Shown here one piece after another: positions 41,398 through 50,854 of a stretch of 64,000 nt of DNA (the stretch's first letter is position 1; each line of letters begins with the position of its first letter). Source of the DNA: a virus. The stretch lies in the IMG/VR virus record IMGVR_UViG_3300034105_003151, positions 64,001 through 128,000 of that record; one strand, written 5' to 3'. The position numbers and the translations under genes are program-made. The notes beneath the pieces are model-generated. The model was not told where the DNA came from. It saw nothing but the letters and a program-made list of their open reading frames with translations, and did not search any database.

Positions 41398-42235
41398 TGG
41401 TTTTAGTCTCCTGATGGTCTTCTTTTACACTGTCTGCTGTTAAAAATGGTCTGTCCACTGTTCCATCTATGTATTGATGATAAGCGTGTAGTTTGGTTTC
41501 TTTTACTTTGTTAGTAGCCAACTTGTATAACTCCATCTCTCGCCCCTCTTTCTCTCTGATCGCCTCGTCCTCTAACATTTTCACAAGCCCCGTCCAACTA
41601 CTCTTACCATCTTCGATTCTTTTGATTCTTTGTTCTCTTGTGGCTTTTAGATCCTTACTAATGTTTTGGGCTTCTTTAGATAATTTAGTCCATTCATTAG
41701 TATAGTTAGATAGGGCATTTCGGGCAAAGCTCAACTGGGTTTCCATACTAGTTAATCGGGGCAAGTCTCTCTGATCTTCTGTTTTTTCATATTCTTTATC
41801 AACACCCTTTTGCAATCTATCTATTTCTTTAACATGACGCTTGCGGTCTTCCATACATCTGTTGAGCAGGATTTCAAGGGTGATGTATTGTTTGATCTGG
41901 AGTTCTTCGGCGGGTAACACATCGTCTTTAAACTGCTTAATAAGACCAATCCATGTATTTTCAAATAGAGTTAGTTCGCCGTTCTCTTCGTCAAACTGTT
42001 TTAAGATTTCGGGCCAGAAGGTTTTACTATGAAGCATCAAACGAATCATTTCTTGCTCTTTGCGAGTTTCTTCGTTAACCAGTAGGGCGTTTTCAGTAAT
42101 AAATCTTCTGATGGGGGCTTCTGTTCTATTTAAAGCCTCCGCTATTTGTTCCATACTTAATTCGTTAACATTGTCACGAATAAAACCCTCTTCATCCAGA
42201 CTCAACTGGCCCCTTTTCTTATTAGCGCTCATCAT
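41390..42235 (-). CDS. HTH/coiled-coil protein (terminase small subunit candidate)
   Basis: N-terminal HTH (SMEQIAEALNRT), long coiled coil, upstream of terL. Confidence 0.4.
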   Translation of the reverse strand: MMSANKKRGQLSLDEEGFIRDNVNELSMEQIAEALNRTEAPIRRFITENALLVNEETRKEQEMIRLMLHSKTFWPEILKQFDEENGELTLFENTWIGLIKQFKDDVLPAEELQIKQYITLEILLNRCMEDRKRHVKEIDRLQKGVDKEYEKTEDQRDLPRLTSMETQLSFARNALSNYTNEWTKLSKEAQNISKDLKATREQRIKRIEDGKSSWTGLVKMLEDEAIREKEGREMELYKLATNKVKETKLHAYHQYIDGTVDRPFLTADSVKEDHQETKTND

Positions 42236-42851
42236 TTTCCCCCATAAGTTCTTTTATATGCTTGCGTAATTTTTTAATTAGTACTGTACTAACTCTGGCC
42301 CCGTTCTTTAGTTTTAAGTAGATTTCTCTAAATTCTGGCTTAGTAATATTAGAATCTAAAAAGTCTATAATTTCTTTTGATCCTATTAAATTAGATGGGT
42401 CATCGGGGGTTGTGCAGGAGTCGGAGATATGTTCTATGCTCTGGGGCACCATGATATTTTTTTTACTTTCATTCCGGCGACTCCATCCAGCAAATGGTTC
42501 ACATTCATTTTTGTCGGGAAATTTTTCACACTGGTTACTAGATTTTAAACAGTGGGCGTCATAGAGAGGACAGCTTAAACAAGGCTTGTCGGGGCGCTGG
42601 TAGTTATTTCTTTTATAATTAAAGAGGCGATTTCTAATGTGGGTCCATAAGAAATTAGCAAGGGGGCGCTTATTATCATATTTTTCTAGCGCTTCTATTC
42701 CGAAGGTAACACCCAATTGCTTCATATCAGCTTCTTCGTGATAGCCGAATCTGAATTTTTTAGCTAATCGGGGCATTACCTTATCTATAGCTTCTAGAAA
42801 ATCAGCTTCTGTCACCCCGTTCGGCATCGTCGCCTTCTTCTGTTTGCTCAT
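42222..42851 (-). CDS. Phage sigma70-family sigma factor with a Cys-rich insert
   Basis: Region 2: EADMKQLG...IEALEKYD.KRPLANFLWTHIRNRLFN; insert CLSC...C...C...C. Confidence 0.75.
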   Translation of the reverse strand: MSKQKKATMPNGVTEADFLEAIDKVMPRLAKKFRFGYHEEADMKQLGVTFGIEALEKYDNKRPLANFLWTHIRNRLFNYKRNNYQRPDKPCLSCPLYDAHCLKSSNQCEKFPDKNECEPFAGWSRRNESKKNIMVPQSIEHISDSCTTPDDPSNLIGSKEIIDFLDSNITKPEFREIYLKLKNGARVSTVLIKKLRKHIKELMGENDER

Positions 42852-42969
42852 CTAATAATTCGGAAATGCTTTTTCCGTCCTGTAGTTCTAAGTCTTGTGT
42901 AACATTAACGCTTCCTACGCAACGCACCTCTAGTACGCTATCAACTAATTCGGGTGTATCATTATTCAT
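42802..42969 (-). CDS. Small acidic hypothetical protein
   Basis: AAGGAG RBS upstream of ATG 42969. Confidence 0.4.
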   Translation of the reverse strand: MNNDTPELVDSVLEVRCVGSVNVTQDLELQDGKSISELLDEQTEEGDDAERGDRS

Positions 42970-43028
42970 ATCAGCTCCTTGCAAAATGTGGTCAACATAC
43001 TATTATAAAGGGGTATACACTTTTGTCA

Positions 43029-43277
43029 ATGTTTTTACAAAGGAATCTTATGAAAAGTTATAAAAAATGGACACTAAGCGAGCAGGATTTTATTAGAAAC
43101 AACTGTGTTCTTATGCACGATGCCTTGTTGGCTAGTAAGTTGAGCCAGATGACGGGCCAGAATATTAGTGCTGAAATGGTTCGCAACCAGAGACGAAAGC
43201 AGCAAATTGTTAAAAAGGCGGGACGGCCAACAAAGTCGGGAGTTAAGCCATTAGATAACGAGGGGAAAATCGGCTAA
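43029..43277 (+). CDS. Small HTH/AT-hook-like DNA-binding protein
   Basis: KKWTLSEQDFIR...LASKL...VRNQRRK...GRP. Confidence 0.55.
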   Translation: MFLQRNLMKSYKKWTLSEQDFIRNNCVLMHDALLASKLSQMTGQNISAEMVRNQRRKQQIVKKAGRPTKSGVKPLDNEGKIG

Positions 43278-43370
43278 TTTGTTTAGGGAGTGCCTACTTA
43301 TTTTGAACCACCCGGCGTTTTCCTTGACATTCTTGACATTCCCTTGACAATTGAAAAAACCCCCCCCTTC

Positions 43371-43416
43371 CACCCCGCCCGATTCGTCATAAGTCTTTAC
43401 GCAGTAAGGGTTTAGG
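43371..43416 (-). repeat. Box-linker repeat, half copy 1 (reversed)
   Basis: Reverse strand CCTAAACCCTT-actgcgt-AAAGACTTATG then acgaatcGGGCGGGG. Confidence 0.8.
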
Positions 43417-43581
43417 TCGAGTGTTGACGCAAGTGGTGTGCCGTGTGTGGATGAGGAAAAAAAGATTGTGGTTTGGTATGGAAAATTATTTTGAGATTTT
43501 CTAGATTTTTCTCTTGACGCTGTCGATAAAAATGGTATAATAGAAGCACAAGAGAAAACGAAGGATAGCGGAGAGAAGATC

Positions 43582-43797
43582 ATGAAGAACTACTTTGGCA
43601 AGGCGATTGCCCCTAACGCTGACGTTCAGCGACACAACGAACAGATCGCTCACCTGCGTGAACAACTTGCTAATGCAGAAACTAACAATGATGGGAGTCG
43701 TTGTGCCAAGATGGAAATCGAAGCCTATCAAAACTTCCTTCGTATCGCTCTGGAAAGCAAGGCCAACGTTGCCTCTACCATGTTCAAGAGGAAGTGA
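43582..43797 (+). CDS. Early hypothetical protein
   Basis: TTGACG-16-TATAAT promoter and GGAG RBS. Confidence 0.7.
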   Translation: MKNYFGKAIAPNADVQRHNEQIAHLREQLANAETNNDGSRCAKMEIEAYQNFLRIALESKANVASTMFKRK

Positions 43798-43890
43798 GAA
43801 ACCTTACGATTTTGTAAGGAAACTTTCTCATTGACAATCCCTTTCCTAGACGATAAAATACAAGCACAAGAGAACACAAAGGAAAAAGAA

Positions 43891-44055
43891 ATGACTACAC
43901 TCTATCGGGTTGAATTGCATTCGGAAGGCTCTACGGTCTATCTTCTCACGAATAAGGGTTGGGCTGATATCGTCCATTTCAAGGAAAATGCCGAATATCG
44001 TGCCAACGCTTGGGTGAAGAATCAAGAGCGACTTGACCGAATGGACAATGGCTGA
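43891..44055 (+). CDS. Early hypothetical protein
   Basis: AAGGA RBS; own promoter. Confidence 0.65.
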   Translation: MTTLYRVELHSEGSTVYLLTNKGWADIVHFKENAEYRANAWVKNQERLDRMDNG

Positions 44056-44138
44056 ACCTTACGGAATTGTAAGGAAAGAAAGCTGTTGACATCCCCACAC
44101 AAAGACGATAAGATACTAGGACACAAAGGAAAAAGACA

Positions 44139-44312
44139 ATGAAGACTTTCTATATGTATGAGGCTGTTGGCAACGAGTACCGATATTGGGGTACGTTGTT
44201 TGCCGACAACTGGGTTGATGCTAGGGCTACAGCGGTTAGCCTTTGGGGTATCTCCTTTGGCAACATTGTTGCTGCTAGTACTCGCCTTCCCTTCTCTATG
44301 GTTACGGAGTGA
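44139..44312 (+). CDS. Early hypothetical protein (57 aa; not in the ORF track)
   Basis: MKTFYMYEAVGNEYRYWG...; AAGGA RBS. Confidence 0.6.
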   Translation: MKTFYMYEAVGNEYRYWGTLFADNWVDARATAVSLWGISFGNIVAASTRLPFSMVTE

Positions 44313-44316
44313 ACAG

Positions 44317-44505
44317 GTGAATAGGTTTGATGGTTACGATACGATAGAGTTGGGTAAGAGGCTTGTGCAGTTCCAGGCTGCTCTGGAGAAGTGTACGCCT
44401 GAACAACCTAACGCTCGTACATATATCAGAGAGATGATTCGTGCTATCGCCCGTGAACTACTGTATAGGTATCGTCAAGAGACTGAGCTACTGTACAGTA
44501 AGTGA
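44317..44505 (+). CDS. Hypothetical protein, paralog of 46425-46607
   Basis: YDTIELG.RLVQFQ...ARELLYRYR. Confidence 0.7.
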   Translation: MNRFDGYDTIELGKRLVQFQAALEKCTPEQPNARTYIREMIRAIARELLYRYRQETELLYSK

Positions 44506-44539
44506 TCATATGTACACTCATAAGCACCTAAGACCTTGA

Positions 44540-44621
44540 CGTAAAGCCTTACTGCATAAGGACTTGCGACAAGGCGGGCGGGCCGCATTTGACGTAAACC
44601 CTTGTGGCGTATAGACTTACG
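44540..44621 (+). repeat. 82-bp box-linker-box repeat, copy 2
   Basis: cgtaaagcctt-7-aaggacttgcg, 24-bp GC linker, cgtaaaccctt-7-atagacttacg. Confidence 0.92.
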
Positions 44622-44775
44622 ACTGTACTATCTAAATTACGCTACTAGAGCCCTGCTTGGCACGGTATTTGCACATCGAAAATATTTTGGATTTTCTTGG
44701 ATTTTTCTCTTGCAAGAGGTCGATAGAGTATGTATAATGCACTCACAAGAGAAACGAAGGAAAAAGGAAAAGAAA

Positions 44776-44952
44776 ATGCGAGACATCAAAGTTGGCGAGC
44801 GGGTGGTTTTGGTGGAATCCGATTGGCTGTATGATGACGGTCAAGAGCCGCGTGGTGTGGTCGTTCGAGATTTGGGTCAAGGTGGATTTGTGATCCTGTG
44901 GGATGATGGTGAAGAGGGATCGGTTTCGGAAGAACAACTGGCTCACGAATAA
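44776..44952 (+). CDS. Small SH3/KOW-like protein
   Basis: IKVGERVV...GVVV...ILWDDG. Confidence 0.6.
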   Translation: MRDIKVGERVVLVESDWLYDDGQEPRGVVVRDLGQGGFVILWDDGEEGSVSEEQLAHE

Positions 44953-45034
44953 AAAAGAAAAAAGGCTATTGACAGCGGTGAAAAAAGTCGATAAAATACT
45001 AGAACAAGAGAACGAAGAACAAAGGAAAAAGAAA

Positions 45035-45175
45035 ATGTACGCTGTCAAGAATGTCGATTGCAAGTGGGTTGTGGTGGCTGGCAAGGTTGAGTTGGCCTCT
45101 TTCGCCACGGAGAATGAGGCTAACCGCTATGCCGATTATATGGATCGGATGGATCGTCGGGACAACGGTCGATAA
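45035..45175 (+). CDS. Early hypothetical protein
   Basis: AAGGA RBS; F.TE.EA motif; DRMD..DNG C-terminus like 43891-44055. Confidence 0.6.
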   Translation: MYAVKNVDCKWVVVAGKVELASFATENEANRYADYMDRMDRRDNGR

Positions 45176-45252
45176 TTCAAAAAAGCTGTTGACAGATTCG
45201 GATTCGGACGATAAAATCCTAGCAGATCGATAACCCCAAAAGGATTCTGAAA

Positions 45253-45435
45253 ATGGACAACTTCACGGGCGAGATGTTTGCCGATTTTGATGTCTATCAA
45301 GCCAGAATGGAGAATGAAGCCATGCCTTATGAGGATTGCGAAACTTATGACCCCATTATGGGGGGTGATGAGGATTGGACCGAAACGGACGATGATTTTG
45401 CCGCCGATTATTACGGCGAAGAGGAGTTTGCCTAA
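45253..45435 (+). CDS. Highly acidic small protein
   Basis: Asp/Glu-rich, no Lys; own promoter. Confidence 0.65.
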   Translation: MDNFTGEMFADFDVYQARMENEAMPYEDCETYDPIMGGDEDWTETDDDFAADYYGEEEFA

Positions 45436-45448
45436 AAGGGCAACTTGA

Positions 45449-45501
45449 CCTAAACCTTTGCCTCGTAAAGACTTACGGCGAGGCGGGCGGGCCGATTTTT
45501 T
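45449..45501 (+). repeat. Box-linker repeat, half copy 3
   Basis: cctaaaccttt-7-aaagacttacg + gcgaggcgggcgggccg. Confidence 0.85.
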
Positions 45502-45672
45502 TGGCACGGTATTTGCATTTAGCAAACGGTGTGCCAATTACCTCGCCAATTTTCTTTTCTGTTTGGCATGGAAAATAATTTCAAATTTCTTGGATTTTTT
45601 TCTTGAAACTCAAGTTTGTCTCTGTATAATGTCGATAGATAAGAGAGAAACGAAACCCAAGAGGATACGATC

Positions 45673-45900
45673 ATGCGAGCCATCGAAAACGCTAACGTCA
45701 AGGAAAACACCTATTACGAAATCAGCATCGCCTCCCCTATCTGTGGTACTTATACCATACGGGGAATGTTTTTCTTCGTTGACGTTGATGCTAACAAAGT
45801 GGGAATTATTCCCGCATGGAACACCAATATCCTGCTCAACTACGATGCTGATTGGATTGTGAGTGTTGACGGTGTTGACGGAGACACGAAGGGGGATTGA
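45673..45900 (+). CDS. Early hypothetical protein
   Basis: GAGGA RBS; promoter. Confidence 0.65.
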   Translation: MRAIENANVKENTYYEISIASPICGTYTIRGMFFFVDVDANKVGIIPAWNTNILLNYDADWIVSVDGVDGDTKGD

Positions 45901-46024
45901 TATTCCCCACAAGGGGAGGAAGAAACCTTACGGAAATGTAAGGAAACTTTCTTGTTGACACTCAATTCCTACCCTGTATAATGTCGATAGATTCACAAGA
46001 GACACAAGCCCAAAGGAAAAGACC

Positions 46025-46192
46025 ATGCACCCCACAATCCCCAAGCACTTCGAAGCTCGATTTGTTCTCCAGTATGATTCTTCTTTTAATGTCTACAACG
46101 TTTATGAGAAAATGAATGGTGGGGGAGTGCAGATTATCGCAGGTTTTCCTACTTTTTCGCAAGCTGTTCGATGCATGGAACAGAATGAATGA
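46025..46192 (+). CDS. Hypothetical protein (55 aa), related to 61217-61432
   Basis: YEKMNG...IIAGFPTF.QA vs IEKWNG...IVAGFPTLEEA. Confidence 0.55.
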   Translation: MHPTIPKHFEARFVLQYDSSFNVYNVYEKMNGGGVQIIAGFPTFSQAVRCMEQNE

Positions 46193-46424
46193 AGGCGAAC
46201 CTTACGAAAATGTAAGGAAAGTTTTCTGTTGACAACCCTTCCCCTAGACGATAGAATACAAACATGACACAACAAATGCAAAACACGCTTAGTCGCCTCA
46301 CCGCTACCCACGGCTATACTCCTACCTTTGTGCAGGATTTGGGCTATGGTATTCATGTGTACAGTATCGGTGGATACTACTACAAGCTTCGCGGCGATGG
46401 TACGATTCTGTGAAAGGGAAAACT

Positions 46425-46607
46425 ATGTTTGAAAGCTACGATACTCACGAGCTTGGTTTGCGGATGGTGCAATTCCAAGAGTCTTTGGCTAAGTGTAAGC
46501 CTGAACAGGTGTTCGTCTGTTCATTCCTTCGCCAGATGATTTCCTCTATGGCTAGGGAACTGTTGTACAGGTACAGGCGAGAGACTAAACTTCTGTGCAG
46601 TAGGTGA
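46425..46607 (+). CDS. Hypothetical protein, paralog of 44317-44505
   Basis: YDTHELG.RMVQFQ...ARELLYRYR. Confidence 0.7.
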   Translation: MFESYDTHELGLRMVQFQESLAKCKPEQVFVCSFLRQMISSMARELLYRYRRETKLLCSR

Positions 46608-46621
46608 ACAAAAGTACTCGA

Positions 46622-46703
46622 CGTAAAGCCTTACCACATAAGGACTTACGACTAGGCGGGCGGGCCGCGTTTTTCGTAACTCCTTATCTGGCAACGACTT
46701 AGG
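46622..46703 (+). repeat. 82-bp repeat, copy 4
   Basis: cgtaaagcctt-7-aaggacttacg / 24 / cgtaactcctt-7-aacgacttagg. Confidence 0.92.
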
Positions 46704-46903
46704 TCAAATGCTAACGCAAACCGCGTGCCGTTCGTTTTGGCACGGAAAATGCATTTAGCAAAGAGTGTGCCATTCGTGATGAAAATTGGAAAAAGTTGTG
46801 TCAAAATCTCTTGACAAAAAAATCCAAAAAAATCTCTTGCATTCTCAAGTTGGCGTGGTATAATGTCGATATAAGAGTAAGAGACAAAGAAAGAGAGAAA
46901 AGA

Positions 46904-47056
46904 ATGTTTGAGATTGGTGACCGGGTGATTGTGGATTGCGACGTTGTGGGTCGGATTATCGGATGGAGATATGACGAAGGTAATGTGTGGGCCGTACAGA
47001 TCACCAATGGTGATATCATTGAATGTGCCGACGATTATCTCTCTCCAGCTAAGTGA
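46904..47056 (+). CDS. Small SH3/KOW-like protein
   Basis: FEIGDRVIV..VGRIIG. Confidence 0.6.
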   Translation: MFEIGDRVIVDCDVVGRIIGWRYDEGNVWAVQITNGDIIECADDYLSPAK

Positions 47057-47148
47057 TTCCAATCCTTACGATATTGTAAGGAAACTTTTCCTGTTGACAA
47101 ATCGCACAAAAGACGATAAAATAGAAACACAAGAAAGAAAAAACAAAA

Positions 47149-47475
47149 ATGAGCAAGTTGAACAGTATCACGCTTCGTAAAGATAACAGTATGATTGAGC
47201 ATTACATTCGTGAGGATGGTGTTCAAGATATCTATCGTTTCAAGAATGGTTATGGTGCTAGCGTTGTATGTTCTTGCGGTAGTTATGGTGGTAAACAGGG
47301 ATTGAAAGAGTTGGCAGTTCTTGATAAGGATGGACATATCTGTTATGATACTCCGATTACTGGTGATGTTCTTGGATGGCTGACGGATGAGCAAGTAGAA
47401 GAGTATCTGAGTCAGATTGCGAACCTTCCTACTGAAGTGAAAAAGCTCTCTACCGAAGTTAAGAGACTTACATAG
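47149..47475 (+). CDS. Conserved phage hypothetical protein
   Basis: FKNGYGASVV...SYGG..GL.ELAVL...YDTPITGDVLGWLT motif familiar from phage early genes. Confidence 0.75.
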   Translation: MSKLNSITLRKDNSMIEHYIREDGVQDIYRFKNGYGASVVCSCGSYGGKQGLKELAVLDKDGHICYDTPITGDVLGWLTDEQVEEYLSQIANLPTEVKKLSTEVKRLT

Positions 47476-47527
47476 GTTAGATTAGGACGTTTAGTAAACT
47501 ACAGTTTTTACACAGAAAGAAGAAAAG

Positions 47528-47719
47528 ATGTACAGTTTCATTTGGCTGTGTCGGATGATGCAAGAGCGAACGGAAGTCGTTCTTTTGGGTGGTGATAATA
47601 AGACCTACTATGGTACTATTAATAGTATCGTCATCGATGATGGTAGTGGTAGGAGCTGGGTTGTAACGCTTGCGTTGGTTGGTGGTGGATATAAAACTAT
47701 TCTTGTAAAGGCTGAGTAA
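47528..47719 (+). CDS. Hypothetical protein
   Basis: ORF track; TAATG coupling. Confidence 0.6.
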   Translation: MYSFIWLCRMMQERTEVVLLGGDNKTYYGTINSIVIDDGSGRSWVVTLALVGGGYKTILVKAE

Positions 47720-47982
47720 TGAACGGTTACGAACTGCTTGAACTTTTTGGCCGACAACTGCGTGAGGCTATCGAGGTTCCTAATTCTTGGCTTCCCGAAG
47801 AGTTTAGGGACGAGCGTACCGATAGTGTTACACTTGCCGATCTGGAACATAAGTGTGACATTCGTGATAGTAACAACATGACCGACTACGAATACGAAAA
47901 GGCCGAAAAGGCCAAGCGTATACTGTTGTACACTGAACAGGTGAACAGTGGTGCAGAAGAATTGACCTATCTACAAAAGTGA
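47719..47982 (+). CDS. Hypothetical protein
   Basis: ORF track; stop abuts repeat copy 5. Confidence 0.6.
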   Translation: MNGYELLELFGRQLREAIEVPNSWLPEEFRDERTDSVTLADLEHKCDIRDSNNMTDYEYEKAEKAKRILLYTEQVNSGAEELTYLQK

Positions 47983-47983
47983 T

Positions 47984-48065
47984 CGTAAGTGGTTGTTGCA
48001 TAAGGACTTACGACGAGCGGGGCGGGCCGTTTTTAACGTAAACCCTTATCACCAAAGGACTTGCG
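47984..48065 (+). repeat. 82-bp repeat, copy 5
   Basis: cgtaagtggtt-7-aaggacttacg / 24 / cgtaaaccctt-7-aaggacttgcg. Confidence 0.92.
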
Positions 48066-48247
48066 ACAAGTGTTTTAGCCAAACTACCCAGATGCCGCAC
48101 AGCAAGTCTTGTGCCAAACAGGCCCAAAATAAGGAAAAGTTTTGTCAAAATCTCTTGACAATATTTTTGGGATTTTTCTCTTGCGTTCTCAAGTGGATAT
48201 GGTATAATGTCGATATGAGAGTTAGAGACAACAAGAGAGAAAACCAA

Positions 48248-48430
48248 ATGAACATCGAAACTGACCACATCATCCGACTTCTGACCAGCCTGTTTAATGA
48301 ACGGGAAAAGGAGTCGGTCATGTCTATGGCCTACGCAAAACTGACGGTGGACATCCTGCAAATCGAAAAGATTCTCGCTCATCGTGGTGTCGATGTTGGG
48401 CAAATCTTCTCAAACCTTACGGAAATGTAA
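48248..48430 (+). CDS. Hypothetical protein
   Basis: ATG after promoter and purine-rich leader. Confidence 0.6.
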   Translation: MNIETDHIIRLLTSLFNEREKESVMSMAYAKLTVDILQIEKILAHRGVDVGQIFSNLTEM

Positions 48431-48859
48431 GGAAAGATTTCGCTTGCAATCCTCAAGACCATCGGGTAAAATGTCGATATAGAAGAAAAGAAAGAAAGAA
48501 GAAAATGAGAAAGTTTTACAAAATTTCGGATGATGGATATGATCGTTATAAAGATGATCGTGATGGATATGTTTCTGCTCAAGAACAGCTTGATAGGCAA
48601 GCTGCGTTTGCCAAAGAGATCGGTGATATACAAGCCAAGTCGTTGGCGCTGTTTTGCAAGAAGAATGGATTGAAAGACTGAATATGAGAACTGTATACGT
48701 TTACAAGTGGATTAACCACACTACTGTTTATATGGGAACCGTTAGGATTCCTAGTGATAACTTCCTCGCTCAGTTGAAGGTTATTCACGACACTTTTGGT
48801 GATGATTGTGTGTGGTACAATCGTCCGATTCTTGATCCTCTTGCTCTGAATGGTTGAAT

Positions 48860-49102
48860 ATGACTATCTCTGATTTAAATATGGATGATGTGTGCTGTGT
48901 TACCTACACGGCTCCTCATAGGTTGGTGCCTCATAGTAATTATGTTGGTACTGTTGTACGTCTTGGTAAGGCCGGTGGTGGTCCGATCCGCCCTGGATAC
49001 TCCAGCGATAGTGATGATCATTATGTTATTATCCGACTGAATGATGATACTCACCGTACTCTTTCTCAGAGTAAGGTTATCAACATCTCTCTGTGGGAGT
49101 AA
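48860..49102 (+). CDS. Hypothetical protein
   Basis: ORF track. Confidence 0.5.
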   Translation: MTISDLNMDDVCCVTYTAPHRLVPHSNYVGTVVRLGKAGGGPIRPGYSSDSDDHYVIIRLNDDTHRTLSQSKVINISLWE

Positions 49103-49118
49103 ATAAAAGAAAACTCGA

Positions 49119-49200
49119 CCTAAACCCTTGTCAGATAAGGACTTAGGGCAAAAACGGCGGGCCGCGTTCGCCGTAAACCCTTACGCGGCAACGACTTACG
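49119..49200 (+). repeat. 82-bp repeat, copy 6
   Basis: cctaaaccctt-7-aaggacttagg / 24 / cgtaaaccctt-7-aacgacttacg. Confidence 0.92.
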
Positions 49201-49409
49201 ACAAGTCATGAGGCAAACCGTGTGCTACAAAAAAATATTCTTTGGCATGGAACGTGCATTAGCAAACCCCGTGCCGAACTAGATCAAAATGACCCAAAGT
49301 TTTGTCAAAATCTCTTGACACAAATCCGAGAAGATTTTTCTTGCAAAGTGGATTTTGTCTGGTAAAATGCCGATATACAAGATAGGACACAAGGAAAAAA
49401 GGAAAGAAC

Positions 49410-49601
49410 ATGAAAACGGTCACCCTCACCATCGACACCTACAACAAGAGCTTCGCCCTCCATGCGGCTGTCAAGGGTCGGATCGATCATCTCTCAGAGT
49501 TGCTCTCTAGCAAGGGATTGAGCGGTGAAGTCAAGGACATTTTCCGCAAGGATTTGGCCGAACTTAAGGCTATGCAAAAGCAGTTGGACAACTGGGATTG
49601 A
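49410..49601 (+). CDS. Small helical hypothetical protein
   Basis: AAGGA RBS; promoter. Confidence 0.65.
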   Translation: MKTVTLTIDTYNKSFALHAAVKGRIDHLSELLSSKGLSGEVKDIFRKDLAELKAMQKQLDNWD

Positions 49602-49684
49602 ACCTAACGAAATTGCAAGCTTGACACCGCCGCGACGATTTGCTAGAATCCAATCTCACAAGAAAACTCCAAAGGAAAAAGACA

Positions 49685-50020
49685 ATGACTGATATCCAAA
49701 CCCTCTCGACTCGCAAGCTCATCCGTTACGCCAAGCGTCAAGCTCGCTCTAGCTTCCTTGGCATGGTTACGGAAAGTGAAGATAAGGAAGTCGATGGTAT
49801 TCCTGTGACGGTTCACACTGTTCGCAAGTTCAATCGGAAGGCTCTGCTGAATCCGCCCAAGGTTAAGAAGGATCGTCCCGCTGGTGATGCTAGTATCATT
49901 CGCGTCGGTAATCCCGGTTCGTCTGAGCGTCTGGATGCCTACGCTGCGTTCTACGCTGCGAATGGTTGCGTTAATAATAAGTACGATGGTAACATTTCCC
50001 CTTTTATGGACATGAATTGA
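49685..50020 (+). CDS. Basic hypothetical protein
   Basis: AAGGA RBS; promoter. Confidence 0.65.
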   Translation: MTDIQTLSTRKLIRYAKRQARSSFLGMVTESEDKEVDGIPVTVHTVRKFNRKALLNPPKVKKDRPAGDASIIRVGNPGSSERLDAYAAFYAANGCVNNKYDGNISPFMDMN

Positions 50021-50192
50021 ATATGATCAAGGTTTACATTGTGATGCAGACCAATAGTACTACTGACTATGCTGTTGGTGTGTTTCTTTCGTTGGATTCT
50101 GCCCGAAAATGTGTTGACCAATTGAAGGCTCATCCCAATAATAAGTATCTGCATTTCTGGATTGACTCTAATAACACTTTACAGGATTAACA

Positions 50193-50396
50193 ATGACTGT
50201 TTACCTTGTTTTTACAACTATGCTTGATCAAACCTCTTTTGTGGGTGCTTATCAAACCCGCGAACTAGCCGATGAAACAATCAAGATGCTTAAGAGTGTT
50301 CAGTTCGTTGGTAAAGAATACTGGGTGATCGAAGAACCAGTTGTAACAAAACTGTATGAAGTCGATCCTTGGCTCGGAGCCAATCGAAACACTTAG
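50193..50396 (+). CDS. Hypothetical protein
   Basis: VYLV...VGAYQTRELA...YWVIEE motif. Confidence 0.6.
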   Translation: MTVYLVFTTMLDQTSFVGAYQTRELADETIKMLKSVQFVGKEYWVIEEPVVTKLYEVDPWLGANRNT

Positions 50397-50412
50397 TACG
50401 ATACGAACTTGA

Positions 50413-50494
50413 CGCAAACCCTTGCTGCGTAAGGACTTACGGCGAGGGCGGCGGGCCGCGTTTGACGCAAACCCTTTGGAGGCAACAACTTACG
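50413..50494 (+). repeat. 82-bp repeat, copy 7
   Basis: cgcaaaccctt-7-aaggacttacg / 24 / cgcaaaccctt-7-aacaacttacg. Confidence 0.92.
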
Positions 50495-50854
50495 TCAACC
50501 TTACGGAAAATTCAGAATTGACATTTGAGAAAGTTGTGGTATAATGTCGATAGTGATAGGAGAGGGATGGTTGGAGTAGGACTGTCCAATCTAATCATCA
50601 CCAGTTGGCCCCGTAGTCAGTAGTCAGTGGGCTTGACAAGTAAAGATTTCTTGGTAGAATGTCGATAAAGGAGAAAAGCATGATTCTTGCTCTACAGGTT
50701 GCTGGTCTGTTTTTTGGTATCTGGTTCGCATCTGTGAATATTGCTAATATTATTCATGGATATGCAGTGAATTGGAAGAATATGCTGGTTATGTCTGCGG
50801 CATGGACTTCATTCATTACTGCGACATGGTTGATTTAAAAAAGGGAAAATAATA

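Larger units (their letters stand above)
43802..48432 (+). promoter_or_regulatory. Six CCTTACG-N4-TGTAAGG palindromes, each 11-12 bp upstream of a -35 box (43802, 44057, 45926, 46200, 47064, 48415)
   Basis: Direct inspection; fixed spacing to TTGACA/TTGCAA. Confidence 0.85.

Noticed and set aside
45458-48247. ORFs running through the repeats (45458-45862, 5' part of 47993-48430, 46652-47062 minus)
   Set aside because: The shared 'KDLRR.GRA' peptides are just translations of the DNA repeat; real starts lie after the promoters.
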